Of a stretch of DNA of 45,030 bases, positions 17,319-29,063 are shown one piece after another (within the stretch, counting starts at the first letter, position 1; each line of letters begins with the position of its first letter). A program made the position numbers and the translations under genes. Under the pieces are notes generated by a model. It saw only the letters and a list, made by a program, of their open reading frames with translations. It did no database searches and was not told where the DNA came from. Location: NCBI GenBank assembly GCA_964473045.1, contig CAYYMX010000002.1:1-45030 (forward strand), written 5' to 3'. The DNA is from an uncultured Alphaproteobacteria bacterium (GTDB lineage: Bacteria > Pseudomonadota > Alphaproteobacteria > Methylaequorales > Methylaequoraceae).

Positions 17319-18011
17319 ATGAGAAAATTTTTTAATATTTTTTTTGTAATTCCAATTTTGTTTTTCGTTTTTTTTAGTTTCTCACAGTCTAGCGAGAAAG
17401 ATTTGGATTCTGAAGAAATCATCTTATCATCAGAAATAACTATAAAAACTCTGCTTAAAAACAGTGATCTACAAAACTTAAGAAAATACATTAAAAATTC
17501 GCGGGCAATTTTAATTTTCCCAGAAATCTATGAAGGGAGTTTTTTATTTGGCGCTAAGGGAGGAAGTGGACTGCTTCTTGTAAGAAAGAATGAAAACAAA
17601 TTCTCCGGACCTTTCTATTTCACTTTAGGAGGAATTAGTCTTGGTTTACAATTTGGATTGAAATCAGGAAGAGTTGTAATGACAATCATGACAAATCGAG
17701 GTTTGAAATCTATACTAAAAGAAAGAATTAAATTTGGGGTTGATGTTGATTATGCAGCTATAAACTTTGGCACAGGATATTCAGCAGAAAGCACAGTGAG
17801 ACTAGCAGATATTTATTCTTTTTCAGATAACTCAGGATTGTTTTTTGGAGGATCATTAGAAGGTTCATATTTGCAACCCAGAAATGACTTAAATTTTGCC
17901 ATACACAATAAACAATTTTTGTCGGATGAAATTTTAAAAACTAACACTTTAAATGATAAAGCAAAAAATCTAGCAAAATTAATTTCAGACATAAACGATG
18001 ATACAAAATAG
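17319..18011 (+). CDS. SYLF (Ysc84-like) lipid-binding domain protein, secreted
   Basis: 230-aa ORF with a signal peptide. The SYLF-like core reads AILIFPEIYEGSFLFGAKGGSGLLLVR...FYFTLGGISLGLQFG. Confidence 0.6.
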   Translation: MRKFFNIFFVIPILFFVFFSFSQSSEKDLDSEEIILSSEITIKTLLKNSDLQNLRKYIKNSRAILIFPEIYEGSFLFGAKGGSGLLLVRKNENKFSGPFYFTLGGISLGLQFGLKSGRVVMTIMTNRGLKSILKERIKFGVDVDYAAINFGTGYSAESTVRLADIYSFSDNSGLFFGGSLEGSYLQPRNDLNFAIHNKQFLSDEILKTNTLNDKAKNLAKLISDINDDTK

Positions 18012-18726
18012 TGATAACAATACTGCTATTGTTATCTGTGGTCATGGTTCAAGAAACAAAAATTATTTAAAAAACTTTCTACATTTAAAAGATTTTTTAA
18101 GCTCTTTTTTCAAAAAATATAATTTTTTTCACTGTTTTATAGAAATTAATAGACCTTCTATAGAAGTTTGCCTGGAAAACTTAATTCATTATGAAAAAAT
18201 TATTTTTGTTCCATTCTTAATCTTTAGTGGACGACATTTTGAAGAAGATGTATTGAAAAAAATAAAAAAACACGAAAAAAAGATTGTTGTTTTAGAAAGA
18301 TTCAACCTAATAGAAGAAGTAGCAAAAATATATACTCCCATATTAAAAAAAAATATAAAAAGAAATATTAGAAATTTCTTAGTAACCTGTGGATCATTTA
18401 GTAAAAAACCATCTCTAGCTTTAGAGCTAAAAAATTATACCAATCGCATAGCACATGAACTGAAATTGGATAAATCAATGACATTTCTAACTGGTCAAGA
18501 ATTAGAAACTATAAAAAATATTAAAAATGAACTGAAAGAAAATGACTACCGTATTATTTTGCATCCAGTATTTTTGTTTAGAGGATACTTGTATCAAAAA
18601 GTTTCTAAAATATTTTTAAAGAATTTCAAAAAAAATCTAAAGATTTTAGATCCAATCACTCAACAAAAAGAATTTGTGATTTTGGCAAGGAAGAAATTAG
18701 TTTCTGCTCTGAATATCTCTAATTAA
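17998..18726 (+). CDS. CbiX/SirB-type sirohydrochlorin chelatase (two-domain form)
   Basis: 242-aa ORF. The N-terminal domain motif AIVICGHGSRN...PFLIFSGRHFEEDV is typical of CbiX. The second half looks like a degenerate repeat of the same fold. Confidence 0.65.
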   Translation: MIQNSDNNTAIVICGHGSRNKNYLKNFLHLKDFLSSFFKKYNFFHCFIEINRPSIEVCLENLIHYEKIIFVPFLIFSGRHFEEDVLKKIKKHEKKIVVLERFNLIEEVAKIYTPILKKNIKRNIRNFLVTCGSFSKKPSLALELKNYTNRIAHELKLDKSMTFLTGQELETIKNIKNELKENDYRIILHPVFLFRGYLYQKVSKIFLKNFKKNLKILDPITQQKEFVILARKKLVSALNISN

Positions 18727-19269
18727 CTTTCGAATTTTTTTATTTCTAGATGACTTCGCATAATCAAAAATATTTTTACCACTAAAGTCTCCAATTTCTA
18801 TATTAAATTTTTTTTTGATAAGTATTTCTACTGCATTTACATTCATTCGTTCAATTGCAATCATTAGCGGAGTTCTCCCAACATCATCTTGAGAATTAAT
18901 ATTAGCCCCTGCTTCAAGAATGGTGTCAATAAGCATGTATCTATTATTTGTAATGTAAAATGATAATAAAGATTTTTTATTTGGAACTCTTTTTTTAATC
19001 TTGGCACCATGTTTAATTAATAAATCAAACATTTCCTCGTTATCATTTTTTAAAGCATATGCTAATGGAACTAAATTATCAGGATCAACAATATTTGCTG
19101 ACACTCCTTTTTCTAGCATTTCATTTGTCTTATCTAAATTTGATTTCTTAACTGCTGTAAATAACACAGCTTCTATAAAAATCTCACTATCGTCAAAAGC
19201 ATCTACAAAGCTGATTAATGAAGAAAAAATAAGAAAAAATAGAAAAAATCTATAAAATGCTTTATTCAT
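18697..19269 (-). CDS. Ankyrin-repeat protein with signal peptide
   Basis: Ankyrin consensus runs are LVPLAYALKNDNEEMFDLLIKHGAKI and GRTPLMIAIERMNVNAVEILIKKKFNI. I take the start at MNKAFYRFFLFF... (19269); the ORF track extends to 19299. The 3' end overlaps cbiX by 30 nt (convergent). Confidence 0.8.
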   Translation of the reverse strand: MNKAFYRFFLFFLIFSSLISFVDAFDDSEIFIEAVLFTAVKKSNLDKTNEMLEKGVSANIVDPDNLVPLAYALKNDNEEMFDLLIKHGAKIKKRVPNKKSLLSFYITNNRYMLIDTILEAGANINSQDDVGRTPLMIAIERMNVNAVEILIKKKFNIEIGDFSGKNIFDYAKSSRNKKIRKLIRDIQSRN

Positions 19270-19301
19270 ATAATTAATTATTAGCATAATTATTAGCAAT
19301 A

Positions 19302-19979
19302 GTGCTTAAAAAGAAAAAGAAAAAAATAATTCTTATTGGGTCAAACCCTAATGATTTTTTAGACTGTACTCTTGAAGCAGTCGATATTTTAAGAATTTCA
19401 TATTGCGTTATAATTTCTAAAAAGTTCGATAAAAAATTCTTTAATTTTTTTAAAGAAAACTCGATAAAATACATTTTAGAAGAAAGTTTATCTGTCAAGA
19501 GAGGAACACATCTTTGGAAAAAAATCCTAGATTTGTTTTCAATTTATAAATCATTAGTGCATATAATTTCAGGTGATACATTTCTTTTCAGCAACTGCAA
19601 GGATGAAAAAAAATTTTTTGAAAAAAATCATGTTTTAGTAGAAAGATTTCCGGCGATAATTGAAATCACTAACATTTTGAACTCACAAAAAATCTTTCTA
19701 ACTAATAGAAAAAAAAACTCTTCCGTAACTTTTTTAAATAAATTTAATAAAAAAAGAATAATTGATCCATTGAAATCAAATAAATTTGAAAAGTTGATCT
19801 TTAAGGTTGAAAAAATAAAACAGATAGAAGATCTAATTTCAATAATTTCTAATAATTTTCAAAAAAGGAAATTAAAATTATTAATTGGAAAAAAAATTTT
19901 TAATCTTGATCTTGTCGTTCTAAAAAAAATAAATGAAAGAAAGATTCTTGATAACAATATATATGTAATAATTGAATAA
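19302..19979 (+). CDS. Tetrapyrrole (corrin/porphyrin) methylase-like protein with degenerate motifs (CobA/SUMT homologue)
   Basis: 225-aa ORF with a GTG start. It is colinear with uroporphyrinogen-III methyltransferases: IILIGSNPNDF versus VGAGPGDP, IISGDTFLFS versus KGGDPFIFG, and FPAIIE...SSVTF versus VPGITA...SVTF. Confidence 0.5.
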   Translation: MLKKKKKKIILIGSNPNDFLDCTLEAVDILRISYCVIISKKFDKKFFNFFKENSIKYILEESLSVKRGTHLWKKILDLFSIYKSLVHIISGDTFLFSNCKDEKKFFEKNHVLVERFPAIIEITNILNSQKIFLTNRKKNSSVTFLNKFNKKRIIDPLKSNKFEKLIFKVEKIKQIEDLISIISNNFQKRKLKLLIGKKIFNLDLVVLKKINERKILDNNIYVIIE

Positions 19980-20564
19980 ATGCAGAAATACAAATCCATC
20001 TTCAAAAAAAATCTTTTTTTAATGATAATTGTTATCTTAATTATAACTATTGTTATTTTGGTAATAACAAAACTAAAAGAAAATAATAAAGGTTTGTCTA
20101 TTGGAGGAAATTTTATTTTGACAGATCAGGATGGAAATTTTTATGATTCCAGTAAAAATAATAAGAAAAAATTAATTTATTTTGGGTATACGTTTTGTCC
20201 TGATGTTTGTCCTTTTGATATATTAAAAATGTCAGAATTTGTTGAATCCAACCCTAAAGTTCTTTTTAAAGTTGAGCCACTCTTTATTACGATTGACCCC
20301 GAAAGGGACAACCCAAAAATATTAAAATCTTTTTTAGAAAACTTCAACTCTGCAATAATTGGTCTTACAGGAACATTAGAGGAAATAAGCAGCTTGCAAA
20401 AAAAATTCAGAATTTTTGTGAAAAAAAATAAAAAAAACTCGTCTGATCAAAACTATCTTGTTGATCATACAATTCTTTTCTTTCTTATTAATGGAAAAGG
20501 TGAATATATTTCGCACTTTCGCCCAAATGAACTCAATTTAAATATTCAGAAATATTTAAACTGA
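19980..20564 (+). CDS. SCO1/SenC family copper chaperone
   Basis: 194-aa ORF with an N-terminal membrane anchor, the CxxxC motif FCPDVCP, and the conserved His in LVDHT. Confidence 0.85.
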   Translation: MQKYKSIFKKNLFLMIIVILIITIVILVITKLKENNKGLSIGGNFILTDQDGNFYDSSKNNKKKLIYFGYTFCPDVCPFDILKMSEFVESNPKVLFKVEPLFITIDPERDNPKILKSFLENFNSAIIGLTGTLEEISSLQKKFRIFVKKNKKNSSDQNYLVDHTILFFLINGKGEYISHFRPNELNLNIQKYLN

Positions 20565-20566
20565 CT

Positions 20567-22441
20567 TTAAAAAAAGTTTTCTAATATTTGCTCAAAAACA
20601 TTCCTTTTCTTTCTAATTTTCTTGCTCTTAGTGATTAGTTCGTCAATTTTTTTCCTATCAATCAACGCTTCATCAATAGATGGATAGTTATCAAGCCTTT
20701 TTGCAATTAGTCCAGTATGAGCTTTTTTCATAAAATCTTTCCAGAGCATTACAGGCGCAGTCCCCCCCGTAATGTTCTTCATTGGAGAGTCATTATCATT
20801 ACCAAACCAAACGCCTGCAACTATTTCTGAAGTAAACCCTATAAACCAAGCATCTCTTAATGATTGGCTTGTTCCAGTTTTTCCTGCAGCTGGTCTGTCT
20901 AATTTAGCTTTTCTTCCCGTACCATTTTCAATAGTTGATTGTAACATTTTTACCATTGTCTTTGTTGTTTTTGTATCTAATATACGGCCAGGACCTACTC
21001 CTTTTCTCATAAACAAAGTTTTTCCAGAAGTGTTTTCAATTGATCTAATGCCATGAACAAATACCCCATTCCCCCTATTTGCAATAACATCATAAGCTAC
21101 AGTCATTTCAAGCAAATTAACCTCTGAAGTACCTAATGCAACTGAAGGGGAATTAAGCAAAGGGCTTGTAATTCCCATGGATTTAGCCATTTTAATAACT
21201 TTTTCTCTGCCAACAATTTCCGATAATTTAACAGCTACAGTATTTATTGATTTTGAAAATGCTTTATCTAGAGTTACCTCGCCTATGAAATCTTTTTTAT
21301 AATTTTTAGGAGACCACCCATTTATATTAATCTCCGAATCAATCATTAAATCTTCCGGTAAAAAACCATTCTGAATACCAGCTAAATAAACAAAGATTTT
21401 AAAAGCTGAACCCGGTTGCCTTTGCGCTTGTGTCACTCTATTGAATTGAGAATCACCATAATCTCTCCCACCGATCATAGCTAAGACCGCTCCGTTATGA
21501 TTAAGTGCAACAATTGCAGATTGGTCTGCTGAAGGAAATTCTGGTGATACTATATTCATTGAGTCTTCAGCCATCTTTTGTAGTTTAATATCAAGAGTGG
21601 TTCTAATAATTAAATCCTCCTTGATTTCTCCTAAGTAAGATTTCACCCTAGGCAAGAGCCAATCAACAAAGTATCTCGTACTTTTTGGGGCCGAAGTAAA
21701 CTTTTCATATTTTTGATTGCTTTGTTTTGTATCAATTATTTTTTCTAGTGTTATAAGGCCATTCTTTGACATATTCTCCAGTACTTTACTGGTTCTAACT
21801 TTTGAAAGCTTATGATTTGCAATTGGATTATATTTCGATGGAGCTTTCAGCAAACTAGCAATAAGTGCGCATTCATACAAATTCAATTCTTCAACTTTTT
21901 TATTAAAATATTTTTCTGAAGCTGCCTGTACACCATATGTTCCAGATCCTAAATAAACTCGGTTGAGGTATATACTTAATATTTGCTCTTTCGAAAATCT
22001 CATTTCCAACCAAAAGCTCAATATCAATTCATGAAACTTTCTTGTAAATGATCTTTCCGGAGTTAAAAAAAGATTTTTAGCAAGTTGTTGCGTAATTGTA
22101 CTTCCACCCTGAACTATCTTTCCAGCGTTCACATTTACATATATTGCTCTCATAATACCCCTAAGATCAACTCCTGGATGATAAAAAAATCGTTTATCTT
22201 CAGTAACTATTACAGCGTCAATTAAGTTTTTTGGTAACTGATTAAATTGGATTGATTGACCATAAATATCACCATATGATGCAATTATTCTTCCCTCTTT
22301 ATCAAGAAAGGTTATACTTGGTTGTCTAGAAATTTGGATAGATTCTGTCTCTGGAAGATTTAAAAGAGACCAAATAACTGCTATACTAAAAAAAAGAACC
22401 AGCCAAATGAAAATAATTAACGACCACTTTAGAGTCCTCAC
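20567..22441 (-). CDS. Penicillin-binding protein 1A family (bifunctional glycosyltransferase/transpeptidase)
   Basis: 624-aa ORF with a GTG start. GT51 motifs are EDKRFFYHPGVD and GGSTITQQLAKN. Transpeptidase motifs are SAFK, SKSIN and KTGTS. Confidence 0.9.
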   Translation of the reverse strand: MRTLKWSLIIFIWLVLFFSIAVIWSLLNLPETESIQISRQPSITFLDKEGRIIASYGDIYGQSIQFNQLPKNLIDAVIVTEDKRFFYHPGVDLRGIMRAIYVNVNAGKIVQGGSTITQQLAKNLFLTPERSFTRKFHELILSFWLEMRFSKEQILSIYLNRVYLGSGTYGVQAASEKYFNKKVEELNLYECALIASLLKAPSKYNPIANHKLSKVRTSKVLENMSKNGLITLEKIIDTKQSNQKYEKFTSAPKSTRYFVDWLLPRVKSYLGEIKEDLIIRTTLDIKLQKMAEDSMNIVSPEFPSADQSAIVALNHNGAVLAMIGGRDYGDSQFNRVTQAQRQPGSAFKIFVYLAGIQNGFLPEDLMIDSEININGWSPKNYKKDFIGEVTLDKAFSKSINTVAVKLSEIVGREKVIKMAKSMGITSPLLNSPSVALGTSEVNLLEMTVAYDVIANRGNGVFVHGIRSIENTSGKTLFMRKGVGPGRILDTKTTKTMVKMLQSTIENGTGRKAKLDRPAAGKTGTSQSLRDAWFIGFTSEIVAGVWFGNDNDSPMKNITGGTAPVMLWKDFMKKAHTGLIAKRLDNYPSIDEALIDRKKIDELITKSKKIRKKRNVFEQILENFF

Positions 22442-22471
22442 ATCAATTCTCCCTAGTCCAAAAACACTTAA

Positions 22472-24895
<2,424 letters not shown>

Positions 24896-24909
24896 CTAAA
24901 TATCTTAAT

Positions 24910-26070
24910 TTAATATATATTATTATTAGTAAGTTTAAACCTCTTATCATCAATATTTATCCTATCAATTAATCTGAAAAATTGGTTATTTTCCTGTATC
25001 CAATCAGCTTTAACATCAGTTATCCAAGTTTGAATTCTTAATTCAGCGAGTTCTTCTAAAATTAAACTTATATAATTTAAATCCAGATAAGAAAATATGT
25101 CATCTAACAAAAAAATAATTTTTACAGCGTTTTTATATTTTAAATATTTTATAAAAGAAAGAATAATTGATAATATTATTATTTTTTGTTCACCTGTAGA
25201 AAAGTTCTTGGCAAACTTTTTTTTTTCCTTTTCAAAAGTGGTTAGGTCAGTTTTATTAGCACTGTAATTGGTTCTTCCAACCAAAGCATCTTTTTTTCTA
25301 TTTTTTTCAAGTAGTCCAAAAAAAGATTCTTCGACTTCTAAGGCTGGTTTTGAAATTAAAGCCTTATCCAATTCTCCGTTCATTTCTAACCTCAGACTTG
25401 GCATTCCTGAATGTATTTGATCGAAATTAGAATTTATTTCTTTTAAAAAGTTTCTTCTTGCATCACACAACATGACACCAACTGATGCCATCTTCTTTTC
25501 AATAATTTTTAGCCAATCATTATCAAAGTTTTTGTTGGCTTTAATTATTTTCATCCTTTCTCTTTTGTACCGATTATAAACTGATATTTTTTTTTTATGA
25601 GACAAATCAATACATGAGATCATAAGATCTATAAAGTTTCTTCTGTCCTCTGCACTATCTTGAAATAAATAACTCATTCTTGGCACCATCCAGAAAACAC
25701 TTAATGATTTTTTTATATAATCAAAATTAGTTTGAACTTCATTGATTCTTAAAATTTTTTTATAATTTTCATAATTTTTTTTTAGTCCAAGTCCAACCAG
25801 ATTATGTAATCCATTTGAAAAAATCTTAAAATTAATACCAAATAGCTCTAATGAGCTTCTTAGATTGTCATTGATAATTTCACTCAAATTTGCATTTCGG
25901 AATCCAGTTGGTGAATCTAGCAAGGATATTGCCTCTAAAATATTAGTTTTTCCCGAACCATTTCTACCGTATATGACAACTATGTCTTTTTGTAAGTTTA
26001 ATCTAAGAAAATGATGGTTCCTGTAGTTTCGAAGTACTAGCCTATCAATTCTAATGTTTGAATTCATCAA
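24910..26070 (-). CDS. recF: DNA replication and repair protein RecF
   Basis: 386-aa ORF with Walker A GRNGSGKTN, signature FSTGEQK and Walker B LLDDI. It sits between dnaN and gyrB. Confidence 0.9.
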   Translation of the reverse strand: MMNSNIRIDRLVLRNYRNHHFLRLNLQKDIVVIYGRNGSGKTNILEAISLLDSPTGFRNANLSEIINDNLRSSLELFGINFKIFSNGLHNLVGLGLKKNYENYKKILRINEVQTNFDYIKKSLSVFWMVPRMSYLFQDSAEDRRNFIDLMISCIDLSHKKKISVYNRYKRERMKIIKANKNFDNDWLKIIEKKMASVGVMLCDARRNFLKEINSNFDQIHSGMPSLRLEMNGELDKALISKPALEVEESFFGLLEKNRKKDALVGRTNYSANKTDLTTFEKEKKKFAKNFSTGEQKIIILSIILSFIKYLKYKNAVKIIFLLDDIFSYLDLNYISLILEELAELRIQTWITDVKADWIQENNQFFRLIDRINIDDKRFKLTNNNIY

Positions 26071-26076
26071 AAATCT

Positions 26077-27180
26077 TTAGGCTCTCATTTGCATAATTAA
26101 AAATAGAGTGTTTTTTATTGATTGGCTTTCTAGAACTGTAGGAGCAGTATTTTTAGAAAAATGAAATCTAACTTTTCCTTTTTTTATAATATTTAAGACA
26201 TCAAGAATATATCTAGCATTAAAATTAATTGAGATTCCTGAGCCAATGAATTCCACTGCCACACTTTCTGTTCCAATAGATTTATCACTCCCAAAAGAAC
26301 TTACTACACAAGCACCTTTAGATATATCAAATTTTACTGTCTTAAACTTTTCATTAGATATAGTAGAAACTCTATCAATAGTTTCACTAAAACTTTTGCA
26401 ATCAACAGTCATAATTTGGTCATTTTCTTTTGGAATTACACTTTCATAATCTGGGAATGTTGCGTTAACAAGTTTTGATACAAACTTAACACTGCCTATA
26501 ACAACCTTAAGTCTCGTTTTAGAAAAATTAAACAAAACTTTTTGGTCATAATTTTCTAAAATTTTAGAAATTTCTAAAACAGTTTTCTTAGGAATAATTA
26601 TACCATCAAAAGTCTTATCAGATTTTTCATTTAGAGTACATTTTGATAACCTATGACCGTCAGTTGATACTGTTGCAATCTTTTCAGCACTAAGATGAAA
26701 ATAAATTCCATTCAAATACTGTCTGGATTCATCTAAACCCATACAAAACTTACAGTTATCAATCAGTTGTTGTAAATCCTTTGACTCTAATTCAAAACGC
26801 ACATTTAGATTACTCTCATCCATTTCAGGAAAGTCCCCAATCGGAAGTGAAGGTATTGAGAATTTTGATTCACCAAAAAAAACATACACCTGTTCATTTT
26901 TTATATCTTTTTTTATAGTAATTTCAGCTGATACAGGAGCCTTCCTTATAATATCGAAGAATAGTTGTGAAGGCAGTGTAACCCCACCACCTTGATTTAT
27001 TTTTGCTTTCAAAGTTTCAGTTAATTCAATCGCCAAATCAGTTGCAGTTATATTTAAAAAATTTTCATCAGCTACTATCTTAATATTAGAAAGAATAGGG
27101 ATTGTATTTCTTCTTTCAACTATGCTCTGAAAGTGGTTAAGACATTCAAACAATCTATTCTGTGAAACAGAAAATTCCAT
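26077..27180 (-). CDS. dnaN: DNA polymerase III beta sliding clamp
   Basis: 367-aa ORF immediately downstream of dnaA with a typical clamp length. The segments N-terminal ...QSIVERRNTIPILSNI... and ...STDGHRLS... are beta-clamp-like. Confidence 0.9.
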   Translation of the reverse strand: MEFSVSQNRLFECLNHFQSIVERRNTIPILSNIKIVADENFLNITATDLAIELTETLKAKINQGGGVTLPSQLFFDIIRKAPVSAEITIKKDIKNEQVYVFFGESKFSIPSLPIGDFPEMDESNLNVRFELESKDLQQLIDNCKFCMGLDESRQYLNGIYFHLSAEKIATVSTDGHRLSKCTLNEKSDKTFDGIIIPKKTVLEISKILENYDQKVLFNFSKTRLKVVIGSVKFVSKLVNATFPDYESVIPKENDQIMTVDCKSFSETIDRVSTISNEKFKTVKFDISKGACVVSSFGSDKSIGTESVAVEFIGSGISINFNARYILDVLNIIKKGKVRFHFSKNTAPTVLESQSIKNTLFLIMQMRA

Positions 27181-27182
27181 AT

Positions 27183-28559
27183 TTAAGATTCTAACATTCT
27201 TATCAAAAGTTGAACGTCTTCATCAAAATTAACATCTTTATTTCTTAAATCTTCAACTTTTTTTACAGCATGAATAACTGTAGTATGATCTCGATTGCCA
27301 AATCTTCTTCCAATCTCTGGCAAAGATCTAGATGTTAGGTATTTAGATAAGTACATGGCAATTTGCCTTGGGCGCGCAACAGTTCTGGATCTCCTTGCCG
27401 AACTCATATCAGACATTTTAATATTAAAATGTTCTGAAACTCTTTTTTGAATTTCTTCTATATTTACTTTTTTTTGTGATGATCTGAGAAGGTCCCTAAG
27501 AAGGTCTTGAGCCATTTCTTCATTTATTTCTCTTCCAACCAAAGAGGAAAAAGCAGCTAATCTATTAAGAGCACCTTCCAACTCTCTAACATTAGTTGTT
27601 ATCTTATGTGCCAAAAATTCAAGTATATTTGGTGGAATTTTTACTGAAAGCTTCTCTTCTTTCGATTGAAGAATACCTAATCTTAGTTCATAAGTTAAGG
27701 GATGAATATCTGCTACCAAACCCCAACCAAGCCGAGACCTCATTCTTTCTTGAATACCCTCAAGATCCTGTGGAGATTTATCAGCTGAGATTATAAGTTG
27801 TTTACTTTGATCCACTAGAGCATTAAAAGTATGAAAAAACTCTTCCTGAGTGGATTCTTTCCCAGAAATAAACTGAACATCATCGATCATTAGCACATCC
27901 ACATTCCTAAATTGTTCCTTAAACTCAACGGTATTTTTAAACCTCAGAGCTTTAATAAAATGATACATAAACTTTTCAGCTGACATATATATGACTCGTC
28001 TTAAAGGATTTCTTCTTTTTATCTCATGAGCAATTGCATGCATTAGATGAGTTTTTCCAAGGCCAACACCTCCATACAAAAACAAAGGATTAAATGGAAC
28101 ATCCTGTCCAGACTCAGCTACTCTTCGAGCTGCTGCAAAAGCAAGTTCATTAGGTTTCCCAACAATGAAATTAGAAAAAGTAAATCGAACATCTAAAACA
28201 GAACTTAAATTATTAAATAAATCACCTTTCTTTTGGCTAGGTTCAAAGGTTTTAATATCAAGGCTATTATTTTCTGGAATTATTGTTTTTGTTTTGGAAA
28301 TAATTATCTGAATATCGTTAATTTTTGTATTTTGGACTAGCCAGTAACTTTTAATTAGGTCAAGATATTGCTCTACAATTCTCGTCCTTATAAAACTATT
28401 TGGAACACTAAGAGTGACTTTTTGCTCGACAAAACTTTCTAATGTCAATGTTTTGATCCAACTTTTAAATTGTGCATCACCTATTTTTTGTCTAATTCTA
28501 CCTCTGACAGCCGCCCATTGTGCCTGCATTTCTCTAAAGTTATTTTCTGAATCATTCAT
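27183..28559 (-). CDS. dnaA: Chromosomal replication initiator protein DnaA
   Basis: 458-aa ORF with AAA+ Walker A GGVGLGKTHL, MIDDVQF, and the C-terminal DNA-binding helix RPRQIAMYLSK...IGRRFGNRDHTTVIHA. Confidence 0.97.
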   Translation of the reverse strand: MNDSENNFREMQAQWAAVRGRIRQKIGDAQFKSWIKTLTLESFVEQKVTLSVPNSFIRTRIVEQYLDLIKSYWLVQNTKINDIQIIISKTKTIIPENNSLDIKTFEPSQKKGDLFNNLSSVLDVRFTFSNFIVGKPNELAFAAARRVAESGQDVPFNPLFLYGGVGLGKTHLMHAIAHEIKRRNPLRRVIYMSAEKFMYHFIKALRFKNTVEFKEQFRNVDVLMIDDVQFISGKESTQEEFFHTFNALVDQSKQLIISADKSPQDLEGIQERMRSRLGWGLVADIHPLTYELRLGILQSKEEKLSVKIPPNILEFLAHKITTNVRELEGALNRLAAFSSLVGREINEEMAQDLLRDLLRSSQKKVNIEEIQKRVSEHFNIKMSDMSSARRSRTVARPRQIAMYLSKYLTSRSLPEIGRRFGNRDHTTVIHAVKKVEDLRNKDVNFDEDVQLLIRMLES

Positions 28560-28566
28560 TTTCTAA

Positions 28567-28992
28567 CTAACTTTGCTTCCAAGGCAAATTAGAGAATTTC
28601 CATCCATTTAATTTTCCCCTCTGACCATTATCATTATGGTTACCTTCAAAACCATCAGAACAATTATAACAGCTTTTATAGCCATGAGAGGTAAGAAATT
28701 CAGCAGCCGATCTTGACCTTGCACCAGAACGGCAAAGTAGTACTATTGAAGATTCTTTTTTTATTTCTGTTTGTGAAATTTCACTAAGAAAGCTTGCATT
28801 TTTTTCCATCATTGGAAATGATTGCCATTCAACAAAAACAATCTTCCTATCTATAGAATCTAAGTCTGGAACACCTACATATTGCCATTCAGCAGCTGTT
28901 CTACAATCAACAAGAAAACTGTCAGGATTAGCTCTTAGCAAATCCCAAGTTTCCTGAGAATTTAGATCTCCTGCATAATCAAAATTACTCAT
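28567..28992 (-). CDS. Single-domain rhodanese-like sulfurtransferase
   Basis: 141-aa ORF with the active-site loop LLCRSGARSRSAA. Its stop lies 7 nt upstream of the dnaA ATG. Confidence 0.8.
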   Translation of the reverse strand: MSNFDYAGDLNSQETWDLLRANPDSFLVDCRTAAEWQYVGVPDLDSIDRKIVFVEWQSFPMMEKNASFLSEISQTEIKKESSIVLLCRSGARSRSAAEFLTSHGYKSCYNCSDGFEGNHNDNGQRGKLNGWKFSNLPWKQS

Positions 28993-29010
28993 AAGTTTTT
29001 ATAATTTTAT

Positions 29011-29063
29011 AGATTAACTAATAAAAAATATTGAATCAAGAAAGCAAAAAAAAAAAAAAAAAA
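29011..29063 (-). promoter_or_regulatory. Candidate promoter for the rhodanese-dnaA transcription unit: T18 tract, -35 TTGATT (29034-29039), 17-nt spacer, -10 TAATCT (29011-29016)
   Basis: Read on the minus strand as T18-GCTTTC-TTGATT-N17-TAATCT-N18-ATG. A GANTC site (GAATC, 29033-29037) overlaps the -35. The hexamers are only moderate matches. Confidence 0.25.

Noticed and set aside
28993-29063. Possible oriC next to dnaA
   Set aside because: Only 71 nt of non-coding DNA is available and I could see no DnaA-box cluster. In alphaproteobacteria the origin is usually near hemE rather than dnaA. The orientation switch at mutM/ubiE has no intergenic space at all.
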